DNA of 20,000 nucleotides, taken from an uncultured virus (IMG/VR IMGVR_UViG_3300035187_003505) (lineage: Duplodnaviria > Heunggongvirae > Uroviricota > Caudoviricetes). Made by a program: the position numbers and the translations under genes. Under the pieces are notes generated by a model. That model worked only from the letters and a program-made list of their open reading frames with translations. It was not told where the DNA came from and did no database searches. Positions 1 through 8,450 of the stretch are shown piece after piece (the stretch's first letter is position 1; each line of letters begins with the position of its first letter). Location of the stretch: IMG/VR virus record IMGVR_UViG_3300035187_003505, one strand, 5' to 3'.

Positions 1-1239
1 AGTCTACTGGTAGGTAGAACTGGACTATCGCTTACTTACACTAACGACAGCTCTCTAAATAGCAGAAATCTTGTAATACCAAGAAATCCTTCTGATGGGT
101 TAATAGTCTCAAGAGCATACCCACTAAGCTCCAGAGTGCTTACTCTAGAAAGAATCGCACACATAGGGCGATTTACAAGTAAAACCCAAAAACATACTTC
201 TCGTGACCTTGTTATAGATAGAGTCGTACTCGGGGGGACCTTGTCCGGGACTTTACTCTACCCTTCTGCGATTCCCACACAAGTACAGTTCAAACCACCT
301 AAATACCCTGTAACTGAACACCCAACGCAGTCAGGTGAGGTAGAAGTACAGTTATGGTCAGATTCAAATACTAATGCTACGCTAACTCTTGACTATACAA
401 ATTTATCAGACACAGTAGCTGAACAGATTTTAGCTCTATGGGATGCTTTATATGGTACATATAAATCGCTGCGTATTCCTATAGCTACGTTAGCTGGAGT
501 AAACCAGCAGCTAGCTGTATATATGTTAACTGGAGGTAAAAATTCACAATGGTTCTTTGCTGAAGTCCCTAAGTGGGTAGGTAAGATTAAAGGGTACGGT
601 GATCTTAACGTTATACTGGTCTCACAGCCTGTTATGCTAGCTAGCGCTGTAGGAGGTAATTTTCCATTTATACCTATAACCTCTATAGACGGCGACTTAA
701 CATCAGATTACATAAGTTGCGATCATACAGAACAATCACCGGATTTAACCGATTTCACCTACGTTCGGTGGGCGGGAACGCAGTGGTCGGAGCGGGGCCG
801 TGGCTTCTCAGGTGGGGCGCAGCTAAACCCGCGCCCAGATCCTAACGGCCCACCGAACATCGTATCGGGTTGGCTGCCGTTGCGTAACACGGAAGGCCAG
901 CTAATTACATATGGTATTGGAGGGATTGAGTTACAGGGATGGTATAACGCTGTAGGCTACCTGGGCTCTTGGTATTCAAATATAGACGTTTATATACCTT
1001 CGTACCCCACTGCAGGCAGCGCCGTTGGCGGAGATTTGGGTGTGTTCAATCTTTACAGAACACTATCAACGTCGACGCAACCTTTTCAGTCCAACGAGAC
1101 CAATGGTGGATATGGTTTTTCACGATACGCTCCCGACACATCAAACTTCGCCGAGTCCAGAGGCCGATGGGAATTTGCCGACAGCAACTATAGTATATTA
1201 TCGACATGGGAGGGCTACTCCAAATTGCGCCCAGTGTAG
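1..1239 (+). CDS. Phage tail/virion structural protein, 5'-truncated by the window edge; contains a distal-tail-like domain plus a C-terminal variable domain
   Basis: Frame 1 is open from base 1 through the ORF-track start at 136, so the gene begins upstream. The segment from about nt 241 (LYPSAIPT...TLTLDYTNLSD...ILALWDALYGTY...WFFAEVPK) is paralogous to the N-terminus of the next gene. It lies in a structural gene cluster. Confidence 0.7.
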   Translation, partial: SLLVGRTGLSLTYTNDSSLNSRNLVIPRNPSDGLIVSRAYPLSSRVLTLERIAHIGRFTSKTQKHTSRDLVIDRVVLGGTLSGTLLYPSAIPTQVQFKPPKYPVTEHPTQSGEVEVQLWSDSNTNATLTLDYTNLSDTVAEQILALWDALYGTYKSLRIPIATLAGVNQQLAVYMLTGGKNSQWFFAEVPKWVGKIKGYGDLNVILVSQPVMLASAVGGNFPFIPITSIDGDLTSDYISCDHTEQSPDLTDFTYVRWAGTQWSERGRGFSGGAQLNPRPDPNGPPNIVSGWLPLRNTEGQLITYGIGGIELQGWYNAVGYLGSWYSNIDVYIPSYPTAGSAVGGDLGVFNLYRTLSTSTQPFQSNETNGGYGFSRYAPDTSNFAESRGRWEFADSNYSILSTWEGYSKLRPV

Positions 1240-1294
1240 TGTGTCCACCTATCTATATTACCTAAACTCCCACACCACCACCTAATTAAATAAT

Positions 1295-2425
1295 ATGACA
1301 ATCGAATTTCCAGCATTAAAACCATCAAGTTATAGCTTTACCCCAGCCGTTTACAATGTTACTGCCCCTAAATTCCTTAATTCCACCTTCTCCCCTCGCT
1401 TAAATTCGTCTAAACCTAATGCTGCTGTTTTGACATTAAACTACACAAACATATCAGCCGCCAAAATACTGTCTATCTTCTCCGCCTGGGACTCTTCATA
1501 CTCTGGATTCTTTCCCCTGGCACTGCCCCCCGAGATCGTAGCTGGCATTAAATCTACGGATTTTGCAGGGCGGATAGTTGGACCTAAATCAACAGGTTGG
1601 CGTTTTTTAGCAGAACCTAAATTAAATAATTTAATAGCTGGAGTAGGTAGCATATCAGTAGAATTAGAAGGAGAATTTTACCAAATAAACAACAGCAGCA
1701 CAGCTTTATTAAATACACCCGCATTACTTACTTCGCGCTCCCTTGCACTAGCTAGAATATCCCATGAAGGCGTATTTGTAGATAATCCCACACCGAACAC
1801 AATGGTGTTTACGTCTAATAATCCTAATTTAAGGTATGTACCAGTGCCTAACAGCAGCGCTAACACAAGAGCTATACAATTAAACAATACTGGATCGGCA
1901 ATGAATACCGGAGGGACACCTAACTTAAGAAATTGTATCTACACCGGATTAGTGTGTGATGCCCCTTTGGTATCCTGGCAGCCAGTAGGGCAAGAAGTAG
2001 TTGGAAATATAAATGAAAGTGCTTTTAATGACAACAATCCAATTGCGACTAACGCTATAAATTCTCAACGATTTGATTATTATTTCGGTACTGGTAATTC
2101 TGCAGGGGCTAATACTATAATATGGACAAACACACTCAATTTAATATTTGGTGCTTTCTATCTTGTAGGTCCTTACCCTATCTGCGGATCAGCCAACACT
2201 GTTAATTTACTTAGTGTCAATAACACCGCTTCCGCGCAATCAATAAGTACATCACCCTCGGGCCTAGCAGGTAGCCAAAACTCTATAAATAGTTCTACAT
2301 ATAATATAGTATTTGGGGCTTCAGGTATAACCGGTACACTACAATTCTACGCTTCTACAATTACCCAACAATCTCCTTATTACAGTCTAAATAGTGGGAC
2401 TATTACTATAACAGTTAATATATAG
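1295..2425 (+). CDS. Phage tail protein (N-terminal distal-tail-like domain, Asn/Thr/Ser-rich beta-type C-terminal domain, possibly receptor binding)
   Basis: 376-aa ORF. N-terminal FPALKPSS...LTLNYTNISAA...WDSSYSGF...WRFLAEPK resembles a cyanosiphovirus minor tail family as recalled. The C-terminus is N/T/S/G-rich. Confidence 0.7.
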   Translation: MTIEFPALKPSSYSFTPAVYNVTAPKFLNSTFSPRLNSSKPNAAVLTLNYTNISAAKILSIFSAWDSSYSGFFPLALPPEIVAGIKSTDFAGRIVGPKSTGWRFLAEPKLNNLIAGVGSISVELEGEFYQINNSSTALLNTPALLTSRSLALARISHEGVFVDNPTPNTMVFTSNNPNLRYVPVPNSSANTRAIQLNNTGSAMNTGGTPNLRNCIYTGLVCDAPLVSWQPVGQEVVGNINESAFNDNNPIATNAINSQRFDYYFGTGNSAGANTIIWTNTLNLIFGAFYLVGPYPICGSANTVNLLSVNNTASAQSISTSPSGLAGSQNSINSSTYNIVFGASGITGTLQFYASTITQQSPYYSLNSGTITITVNI

Positions 2426-2484
2426 TATTATTTAAGCCTCTACGCTATGCTATCACTACACCAGTCCATCGTGCATCCACTATT

Positions 2485-2913
2485 ATGACAACCGCTCCCC
2501 AGTATTTCTTCAATTCCTACATAGCCGATCTTCACAATGGTGTTCATAACATCGGCTCTAATACACTAAAACTGGCCCTCTCCAACACGCTCCCTGTTGC
2601 TACAATAACCGACCTCGGGGGGATCACTCAGATAACTGCCGGGGGAGGCTACACTTTAGGAGGGTTTACCCTTACAGTAGCCTCCTCGACACAGAGTTCT
2701 GGTGTCTATAAAGCCCTGATCAACGATCTTACATTCTCCCCAACTGGCACCGTCAATACTTTCCAATATCCTGTCCTATACAACTCTTCAGTAGGCAACA
2801 AAGTCATCTGCTGGTGGGATTACGGCGTAGCCCAAAATCTAGTCTCCGGGGACACCTTCCTATTTGACTTCGACGGTACACTTGGTGGGCTTAGGGCCAG
2901 TTTCGCCGCATGA
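2485..2913 (+). CDS. Virion structural/minor tail protein
   Basis: 142 aa. The motifs TLKLALSN, GGGYTLGG, VLYNSS...VICWWDYG...GDTF match a widespread small phage structural family. ATGA overlap with the next gene. Confidence 0.7.
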   Translation: MTTAPQYFFNSYIADLHNGVHNIGSNTLKLALSNTLPVATITDLGGITQITAGGGYTLGGFTLTVASSTQSSGVYKALINDLTFSPTGTVNTFQYPVLYNSSVGNKVICWWDYGVAQNLVSGDTFLFDFDGTLGGLRASFAA

Positions 2914-3308
2914 TTCTTACTAGCACCACCGCAGGTCTATACTTTAATAACGTGCGGGTCGGCAGAGTCAAAAATATCGACTTAGATATAAGTCGAGAAG
3001 CCATGCGTACAACTACTATTGATCTTTTTGATCATACATATATTGCTGGGTTACGTGATACTAAGGCTTCAGCTTTATTATTTTACGATCCTCAAGATCC
3101 TACAGTAGTCAGCATCCTTGACACTATATATACAGATACCCCAGAAATTTTACCAAACTTCAAATTTGTATGGGACACCAACACGAATAGATCATTAACA
3201 TCATATGCAGTTATCACTAATATTGGATTGTCAGCTACTTATGGGGAAGCTCAAGTGTGTAAACTCTCAGTTCAATTATCTGGTAAACCTACTGCTAAAT
3301 CATTCTAA
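2910..3308 (+). CDS. Tail-tube-fold protein
   Basis: 132 aa with the pattern VKNIDLDISRE..TT.....TYIAGLRD...S..LFYD...IT.IGLSAT.GE...KLSVQLSG, typical of siphovirus tail tube-like proteins. Translationally coupled on both sides. Confidence 0.65.
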   Translation: MILTSTTAGLYFNNVRVGRVKNIDLDISREAMRTTTIDLFDHTYIAGLRDTKASALLFYDPQDPTVVSILDTIYTDTPEILPNFKFVWDTNTNRSLTSYAVITNIGLSATYGEAQVCKLSVQLSGKPTAKSF

Positions 3309-4168
3309 TGTCACTTATCGGCAAAGACGGTATTATTCAACTAGCCCGAGCCTACCCAGATCCCATAGTGCTCCCCCCGAGTGCGCTAGACATTGCTAAT
3401 AGCCAATTTACTATTAACTCTACAGCATTTTGGCCTGGAGATGAAGTTATACTTATACACTCTGGCGGTACTAAAACTGGATTTGTTTGGCGAGACGCTC
3501 TGGACAGAATAACAATCCATACTACGGCAGTAGGGGCTCAAGACAATAGCCCCTCTACTAAAATTAGTTTATCTACTGTACCATCTGCAATTACTATCCT
3601 GTGCTTAAAAGGTAGCACTGATGCTACTGCAATTCTAACTTCATTCTACACTACACTAACTACAATAATTACAGAGACTTCACTATTAGCATATCCAGCA
3701 GTTAATAGCAACTATACGGTAGCTAATTCAGGATCCCCTCTATGGGCTATTCAAGGACACATAAAAAAGTGGAATCTCAAGCTCGGGGGGAACACTACTG
3801 ATACTGGATCCTTAGGAGAGCGTTTTGGAGATTCCATAAAAACCACAATATCTGGCTCCGGTACTTTCGATTTTATGGTAGATTTTCTAGAAAATTCTAA
3901 TGGCACAAACGACATAGACATTATACTCCGTATGGCTTTAATGGTGGAGAACGAGGCTAAAGCTCAGACTAAACTATATCTAAAAAAACGTACAGAAGCA
4001 CGAGTTAGATCTGTAGACGGTAATAACATAGTGTACTTACCAGGATCTGTGTATTACCAAAGCTCTATACTTCTTATAGACACAAGCCTAGATACCAACC
4101 CAGATGACTTTATCACCGGTTCCGCTAGTTTTGTCACAACTGGGCCGGTTAGGTTGTTCAGAGATTAG
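3308..4168 (+). CDS. Tail-tube-fold structural protein with an inserted domain
   Basis: 286 aa. N-terminal GKDGIIQLAR and C-terminal IKKWNLKLGG..TDTGSLGERF...ISGSGTFDF...FITGSASFVTTGPVRL resemble the tube fold. TAATG coupling. Confidence 0.6.
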   Translation: MSLIGKDGIIQLARAYPDPIVLPPSALDIANSQFTINSTAFWPGDEVILIHSGGTKTGFVWRDALDRITIHTTAVGAQDNSPSTKISLSTVPSAITILCLKGSTDATAILTSFYTTLTTIITETSLLAYPAVNSNYTVANSGSPLWAIQGHIKKWNLKLGGNTTDTGSLGERFGDSIKTTISGSGTFDFMVDFLENSNGTNDIDIILRMALMVENEAKAQTKLYLKKRTEARVRSVDGNNIVYLPGSVYYQSSILLIDTSLDTNPDDFITGSASFVTTGPVRLFRD

Positions 4169-4222
4169 CCCCTTATGCGGCCTCCCTCGCTCAGTTAATC
4201 TGTATAGTGGACCCGATGCCTC

Positions 4223-4618
4223 ATGCCCGTGATCGAAATAGCCGTGGCCACCATTGGCGGAATTTTCCTGTTACTGGGTAAACGTGTAGATAATCACATG
4301 AAACGTAGAGAAAAAATAGCGGACGCAGATAGTAAAGCAAAAGCTATTGAACGCAGAGAAGAACAGACCTTTAGACGAACCATCGAGGTAAAACACACAA
4401 GGCTATTTGAAGCATTTATTGAAGAACAGAGAAAAGCTGCTGCGGCTTTTGAGGGCATTCATAGCAGTGTCTCGCGTATAGGTGACGAGATTAAAGAAAT
4501 GAAAGATGAAAATAGAGACTATAGGAACAATATATTTAGTAGAATAGAAGATTTAGAGAAAAAAACTTCTTTGCACGATGGGTTACTAGCTAAAGGTTCC
4601 TACAAGAGTGATCAATAA
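4223..4618 (+). CDS. Single N-terminal TM plus coiled-coil protein (holin-like/lysis-associated candidate)
   Basis: Hydrophobic N-terminus VIEIAVATIGGIFLLLG followed by a charged heptad-like region. Last gene of the tail cluster. Confidence 0.5.
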   Translation: MPVIEIAVATIGGIFLLLGKRVDNHMKRREKIADADSKAKAIERREEQTFRRTIEVKHTRLFEAFIEEQRKAAAAFEGIHSSVSRIGDEIKEMKDENRDYRNNIFSRIEDLEKKTSLHDGLLAKGSYKSDQ

Positions 4619-5331
4619 ACCCCTTCCTTTGAAGGAGTGCGCCCAGCACCGGGCACGAAGTGACCACCAGTCAGAATTGACAAACCGATGAATCCTGCTG
4701 TAGGCCCAGCACCGAGTTCGCCAGTCCATCTGGTACGAATCCAGTGGTAAAACTCATAAAAGCCGGCACCATTTGTAGGATACATGTCTATCCTACTAGG
4801 ATGCACCAAGCTTACACCAATAGATCCACCCCAAGCAGCTCTTATGGTTTCGTAAAGATTCACCATCCGCATAATTGCGCCCTCTTCCCAAGAGCCGTTT
4901 ATTGGCCTTTCTTCTGTATTCCATTGTACTACCTCCCCTACTGTTAGATTAGGAGACACTCTGCACATAAAGTTAGTCCAGTCGATAGTAATACCTGGCT
5001 CAAACGGTAATGCTCCTGGAAAAGTCCGCCTCCAGGCTGAAGATCTGATCACGCGACTACCCCCGTACCCCCCGAGTACGACATTCTGTTCTCCGTGCTT
5101 CACGACATTGCCTACTTTAACCACATCATAACACTCTCCCGTTTCTACTAATGCAGTTTTATCCGTAAGCCCTTCCTCCTCAGGATCCGCCATCTCCATC
5201 AACAATGTTGGATGCAGCGCAATTATAGTAAACAGCACCGCAGGCTTAACAGTTTCTTGCACCACAGGTACTTTCTTATCCATCTTTTGTACAGCCTTGT
5301 CTCCAGGAGTCGAAGCGTTCTGGGCAGCCAT
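4612..5331 (-). CDS. Peptidase M15A-like (endolysin-like) protein, apparently lacking catalytic residues
   Basis: The C-terminal half (IDWTNFMCRVSPNLTVGEV...YETIRAAWGGSIGV...IDMYP...FYHWI..RWTGELGAG...GFIGLSI) follows the cyanobacterial M15A pattern. The SWYR...SxH segment and the FVHxD His are absent. Confidence 0.6.
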   Translation of the reverse strand: MAAQNASTPGDKAVQKMDKKVPVVQETVKPAVLFTIIALHPTLLMEMADPEEEGLTDKTALVETGECYDVVKVGNVVKHGEQNVVLGGYGGSRVIRSSAWRRTFPGALPFEPGITIDWTNFMCRVSPNLTVGEVVQWNTEERPINGSWEEGAIMRMVNLYETIRAAWGGSIGVSLVHPSRIDMYPTNGAGFYEFYHWIRTRWTGELGAGPTAGFIGLSILTGGHFVPGAGRTPSKEGVY

Positions 5332-5357
5332 AGTAAACCGTTGATGTGACTTACACT

Positions 5358-5387
5358 ATTCTATCTTATCTCGCGTGCATCTGTCAA
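5358..5387 (-). promoter_or_regulatory. Sigma-70-type promoter for the M15-like gene
   Basis: Minus strand reads TTGACA-18 nt-TAGAAT, ending about 27 nt upstream of the ATG at 5331. Confidence 0.7.
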
Positions 5388-5392
5388 CAGAC

Positions 5393-5427
5393 AAAAAAAA
5401 AGCCTAGGGCTTTTACGTCCCTAGGCT
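5393..5427 (-). terminator. Rho-independent terminator (second of two after the AbrB-like gene)
   Basis: Stem AGCCTAGGG (5401-5409)/CCCTAGGCT (5419-5427) followed on the minus strand by a T8 run. Confidence 0.8.
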
Positions 5428-5437
5428 CATCACTTAG

Positions 5438-5462
5438 AAAAAAGGGCAGCTCACGACTGCCC
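5438..5462 (-). terminator. Rho-independent terminator (first after the AbrB-like gene)
   Basis: Stem GGGCAG (5444-5449)/CTGCCC (5457-5462) followed on the minus strand by T6. Confidence 0.65.
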
Positions 5463-5474
5463 GATATTACCGAA

Positions 5475-5939
5475 TTAGATTTCGGCGGCTTCCCCTCCAG
5501 CCGCCTCAGTAGCCTCAGTAGCCTCCGGCGCTTCGGCAACAGCCTTCGGCTTCTTCTCGTACACCTTGAACGGCAACGGACTGCCCTCCACCCGCTGTGC
5601 CACATCAAGGACAAGCTGCCCAGAAGCGGGATCGACAGTAATACTCAGAGTGTCGCCAGGGCCGATACCGGCCTGTTTGGAGTAGATCGCACCAATCAGC
5701 ACCGAGCCATTTTTATGGACAGTTGTCTCATTGGCAGCAGCACGACCTCGGGTCTCAGAATCGAACTTCACACCTTTGGCTTCAAGCACAGCGTCGGTGA
5801 ACCGACCAAGATCAGCGACAATATCGCCTTTACGGGTCTTGCGTTCGTAACCGGCCATGCGAGCCAGCACCGAGCGGTTCTTGATGTCAGGGTTGTCCTT
5901 GACCAGGGCCAGGAGGTCACGGCCAGTAAGAAGAGTCAC
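5475..5939 (-). CDS. Cyanobacterial-type AbrB-like transcriptional regulator
   Basis: LTGRDLLALVK...LARMAGY...FTDAVLEAKGV...RGR....TTVHKNGSVLIGAIYSKQAGIGPGD matches the picocyanobacterial/cyanophage AbrB-like family. Ala/Glu-rich tail. Confidence 0.85.
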   Translation of the reverse strand: MTLLTGRDLLALVKDNPDIKNRSVLARMAGYERKTRKGDIVADLGRFTDAVLEAKGVKFDSETRGRAAANETTVHKNGSVLIGAIYSKQAGIGPGDTLSITVDPASGQLVLDVAQRVEGSPLPFKVYEKKPKAVAEAPEATEATEAAGGEAAEI

Positions 5940-5965
5940 AGAGTTGAATTGGTTCAGACCTTAGT

Positions 5966-5994
5966 ATTGTACGCCCTGGTGGGCCTTAACACAA
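5966..5994 (-). promoter_or_regulatory. Sigma-70-type promoter for the AbrB-like gene
   Basis: Minus strand reads ggggTTGTGT-17 nt-TACAAT, about 27 nt upstream of the GTG start. Confidence 0.6.
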
Positions 5995-6013
5995 CCCCTG
6001 GAAGACGCAAAAC

Positions 6014-6226
6014 TCAACTTGCTGTCAGCAGATCCTGGATGAACTGGTCACCAGCGACCGCAACCCCGTCAGCAGCGAAGAGCGTAATGTGCTGCAGCCG
6101 GCGCCTCAAGCTCTGTTTAGTGACCTCCAGCGCGATACCCGCCTCCACCCAGGAGCTTTCTGACTGAGCTTCCCCGAGGGCGCAAGCTATTTCACGACGT
6201 AGCTGAGAGTTTTGGCTGGAGGCCAC
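6014..6226 (-). CDS. Hypothetical protein (70 aa)
   Basis: Fills the gap between the polymerase and AbrB-like genes on the same strand. A candidate promoter lies directly upstream. Confidence 0.5.
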   Translation of the reverse strand: MASSQNSQLRREIACALGEAQSESSWVEAGIALEVTKQSLRRRLQHITLFAADGVAVAGDQFIQDLLTAS

Positions 6227-6247
6227 TGCAGTAGTGCGGCTATTACC

Positions 6248-6277
6248 ACTCTATCACCAATTACCACACTTTGTCAC
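6248..6277 (-). promoter_or_regulatory. Candidate sigma-70 promoter with extended -10
   Basis: Minus strand reads GTGACA-18 nt-TAGAGT with TGn. It overlaps a direct repeat ATTACCAC (6242-6249, 6260-6267). Confidence 0.4.
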
Positions 6278-8241
6278 TATTTGGCATCCGCCCATGTGCT
6301 TCCGACTCCAACCTCAGCCAAGATTGGGACACGCTTACAAACGACAGCTCCGGCAGCCTCCATGGTGGATTTCAGCCTGTGCCGCCACTCATCGACCAGT
6401 TCATCCCTCACCTCCATAATCAATTCGTCATGGACTTGACTGAGTAAGCGAGCGTCTAAGTCAGAGGTTATTGCTAAAGTCTCCCAAAGCATAGCCATAG
6501 AGATCTTGCAGATGTCGCCAGCAGTGCCTTGAACAGGAGTATTCACTCTAGTTGTGTATTTGTCGTTAAAACCTATAAGAACACGCCTGCGGCCATACCT
6601 AGTAAATACGGCTTTTGAAGTACCTTGACCTTGCTCTTGCTGCCACTCATACAATCTGGGATAAGCTCTACGGAAACCAGTCACAATCTCTTCACATTCC
6701 GTCATAGCATATAAGATGCCATATTGTGCTAACGCTTGGCGCTGGAAAGTCTTAGCTCCAGCTCCATACAACAACCCAAAATTAGCAATTTTAGCTGAAG
6801 TCCTCATCTCTTTAGTGACATCCTCTAAAGCCACCTGTGCTATTAGAGAAGCAGTCTCAGTATGTAAATCTCTACCATCGGCATACGCCTGTAACATGCG
6901 TTCGTCACCACTAAGCTCCGCTGCTACCCGCAGTTCTATCTGACTAAAATCTGCGCATATCAGTTGATACCCAGGTTCTGCGATAAACAGCGCACGGAAC
7001 GTTTTTTCTTTAGGCACTTGCTGTAAGTTAGGCTCACTAGCACTTAACCTCCCAGTATTAGTACCCATCTGCAAATATCTGCAATGTATTCGATCCCCAT
7101 GAATTTTGGCAGCTTTTAGCAAAGTCTCTACACAAGAAACACGAGTATTAGCCGTGCTCCATGTCATGTATTGATCAATCAGCGGATACTCACTACGAAG
7201 GAAAGCTAAAAGAGTCTGATCTAGAGATACTTTTCCAGGCACCGAAGGTTTACCCACTACCGGTTTAGGCGGAGGCAAAATAATCCCAGCATCTGTAAAT
7301 GCTCTAGCCATCTGTTGAGTGCTTCCAGGATTAAACCCAGCAAGCATTTTATTTGCACCTCTACCAACATTAGTTTTGCGCAAGTTCAAAGATCCGTCAG
7401 GATCCCTAGGTAGCCATTTGGACTCGTCCTCGGGGTGCCGCTGTTTTAGTTCCTCATCCAAAGCGGTCAAAAAAGTAGCTTTTAGTTCATCGGCTTTTAC
7501 TTCAAGATCTGCTTTAAGTCTTGACGCTTGGGCCTTATCAAACTTAAACCCATACCATTGCATATACGCTATGGGCCGTAAAGCCTGCATTTCTAGCGTA
7601 AACACGTCAAACAGAGATGTAGATGACGAATTTAGAATTTTGCTTTCTTGTAGTTTGCTGGTTAGAGGTTCTACTAACAGTGGCAGAGCCCTAGCATCTT
7701 TAGCTGCATAACTCAACATCTCTGTTGTAATACCACCACCCCAGTCAGCTTTCTGTAACTCTTTAGGCATGTGTACTTTTAAGTAGCGAGCTACTATAGA
7801 ACCTAAGTCGTTTTTATGGTCAGTACCGTTAGTAATTATTTTAGACGCTATCATAGTATCAAATATAGGACTCTTGATCAACACAGACTCTGCCCTTAAA
7901 AAATTCAAATCAAACGCGGCGTTCTGTAAAACCTTAGGTTGCCCCGCTTCTAACAGCACCTTCAGCTCTCTAAGTCCCGGCCTTCCCCAAGGGACTGCCC
8001 TAATTAAATTCCCATCAGGGTCTCTGGAACGCCAACCATCAAGATCTACAATAATACAATCTCCAGGGGAACCTAATTGAATAAGTCTAACTCGATCTTT
8101 AAATGGGTTCAATCCGGTGGTTTCTGTATCCACCCCTACCGCCCCGTTGTAAAGGGAAAAATCCCATAGACAGTCAGCTAACTGTTTACCTTGACTTGGT
8201 GAATTGAAAAAAGAGTGACTGTCAGAAAGTCTGCTAATCAT
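6277..8241 (-). CDS. polA: DNA polymerase family A with 3'-5' exonuclease domain (no 5'-3' exonuclease)
   Basis: Exo motifs DTETTG, QNAAFD, YAAKD; TGRLSASEPNLQQVP; motif A ADFSQIELR; motif B RTSAKIANFGLLYG; motif C QVHDE. Confidence 0.95.
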   Translation of the reverse strand: MISRLSDSHSFFNSPSQGKQLADCLWDFSLYNGAVGVDTETTGLNPFKDRVRLIQLGSPGDCIIVDLDGWRSRDPDGNLIRAVPWGRPGLRELKVLLEAGQPKVLQNAAFDLNFLRAESVLIKSPIFDTMIASKIITNGTDHKNDLGSIVARYLKVHMPKELQKADWGGGITTEMLSYAAKDARALPLLVEPLTSKLQESKILNSSSTSLFDVFTLEMQALRPIAYMQWYGFKFDKAQASRLKADLEVKADELKATFLTALDEELKQRHPEDESKWLPRDPDGSLNLRKTNVGRGANKMLAGFNPGSTQQMARAFTDAGIILPPPKPVVGKPSVPGKVSLDQTLLAFLRSEYPLIDQYMTWSTANTRVSCVETLLKAAKIHGDRIHCRYLQMGTNTGRLSASEPNLQQVPKEKTFRALFIAEPGYQLICADFSQIELRVAAELSGDERMLQAYADGRDLHTETASLIAQVALEDVTKEMRTSAKIANFGLLYGAGAKTFQRQALAQYGILYAMTECEEIVTGFRRAYPRLYEWQQEQGQGTSKAVFTRYGRRRVLIGFNDKYTTRVNTPVQGTAGDICKISMAMLWETLAITSDLDARLLSQVHDELIMEVRDELVDEWRHRLKSTMEAAGAVVCKRVPILAEVGVGSTWADAK

Positions 8242-8261
8242 GGAATTAGAGTAGTTGGGGT

Positions 8262-8447
8262 CTACAAAGGGCGATAGTGATCTGCTGAATAAAGCAGAGT
8301 CAAATTTCTAGGATATGGAACTATTTCTCGGAGTTCTCTCTCAGCAGCCTCCCCCGAGACCGCTTGGATAGAAGCAATTTCAATCTTACCGACAATGCTG
8401 GAGTACCTAAAAGTAAACCAGCGCAAATTACTATCAGACATGGTCAA
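8262..8447 (-). CDS. Hypothetical protein (61 aa)
   Basis: Tightly packed between the helicase and polymerase genes on the same strand. Confidence 0.55.
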   Translation of the reverse strand: MTMSDSNLRWFTFRYSSIVGKIEIASIQAVSGEAAERELREIVPYPRNLTLLYSADHYRPL

Positions 8448-8450
8448 ACC

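Noticed and set aside
1240..4222. Shared late-promoter motif in the intergenic gaps before 1295, 2485 and 4223
   Set aside because: Only weak TAnnnT-like hexamers (TATATT, TATGCT, TATAGT) with no convincing common upstream element. Genome-wide motif discovery is needed.
5346..6167. 273-aa + strand ORF
   Set aside because: Antisense shadow of the AbrB-like gene and its neighbour. It runs through terminators and promoters and has no recognisable motifs.
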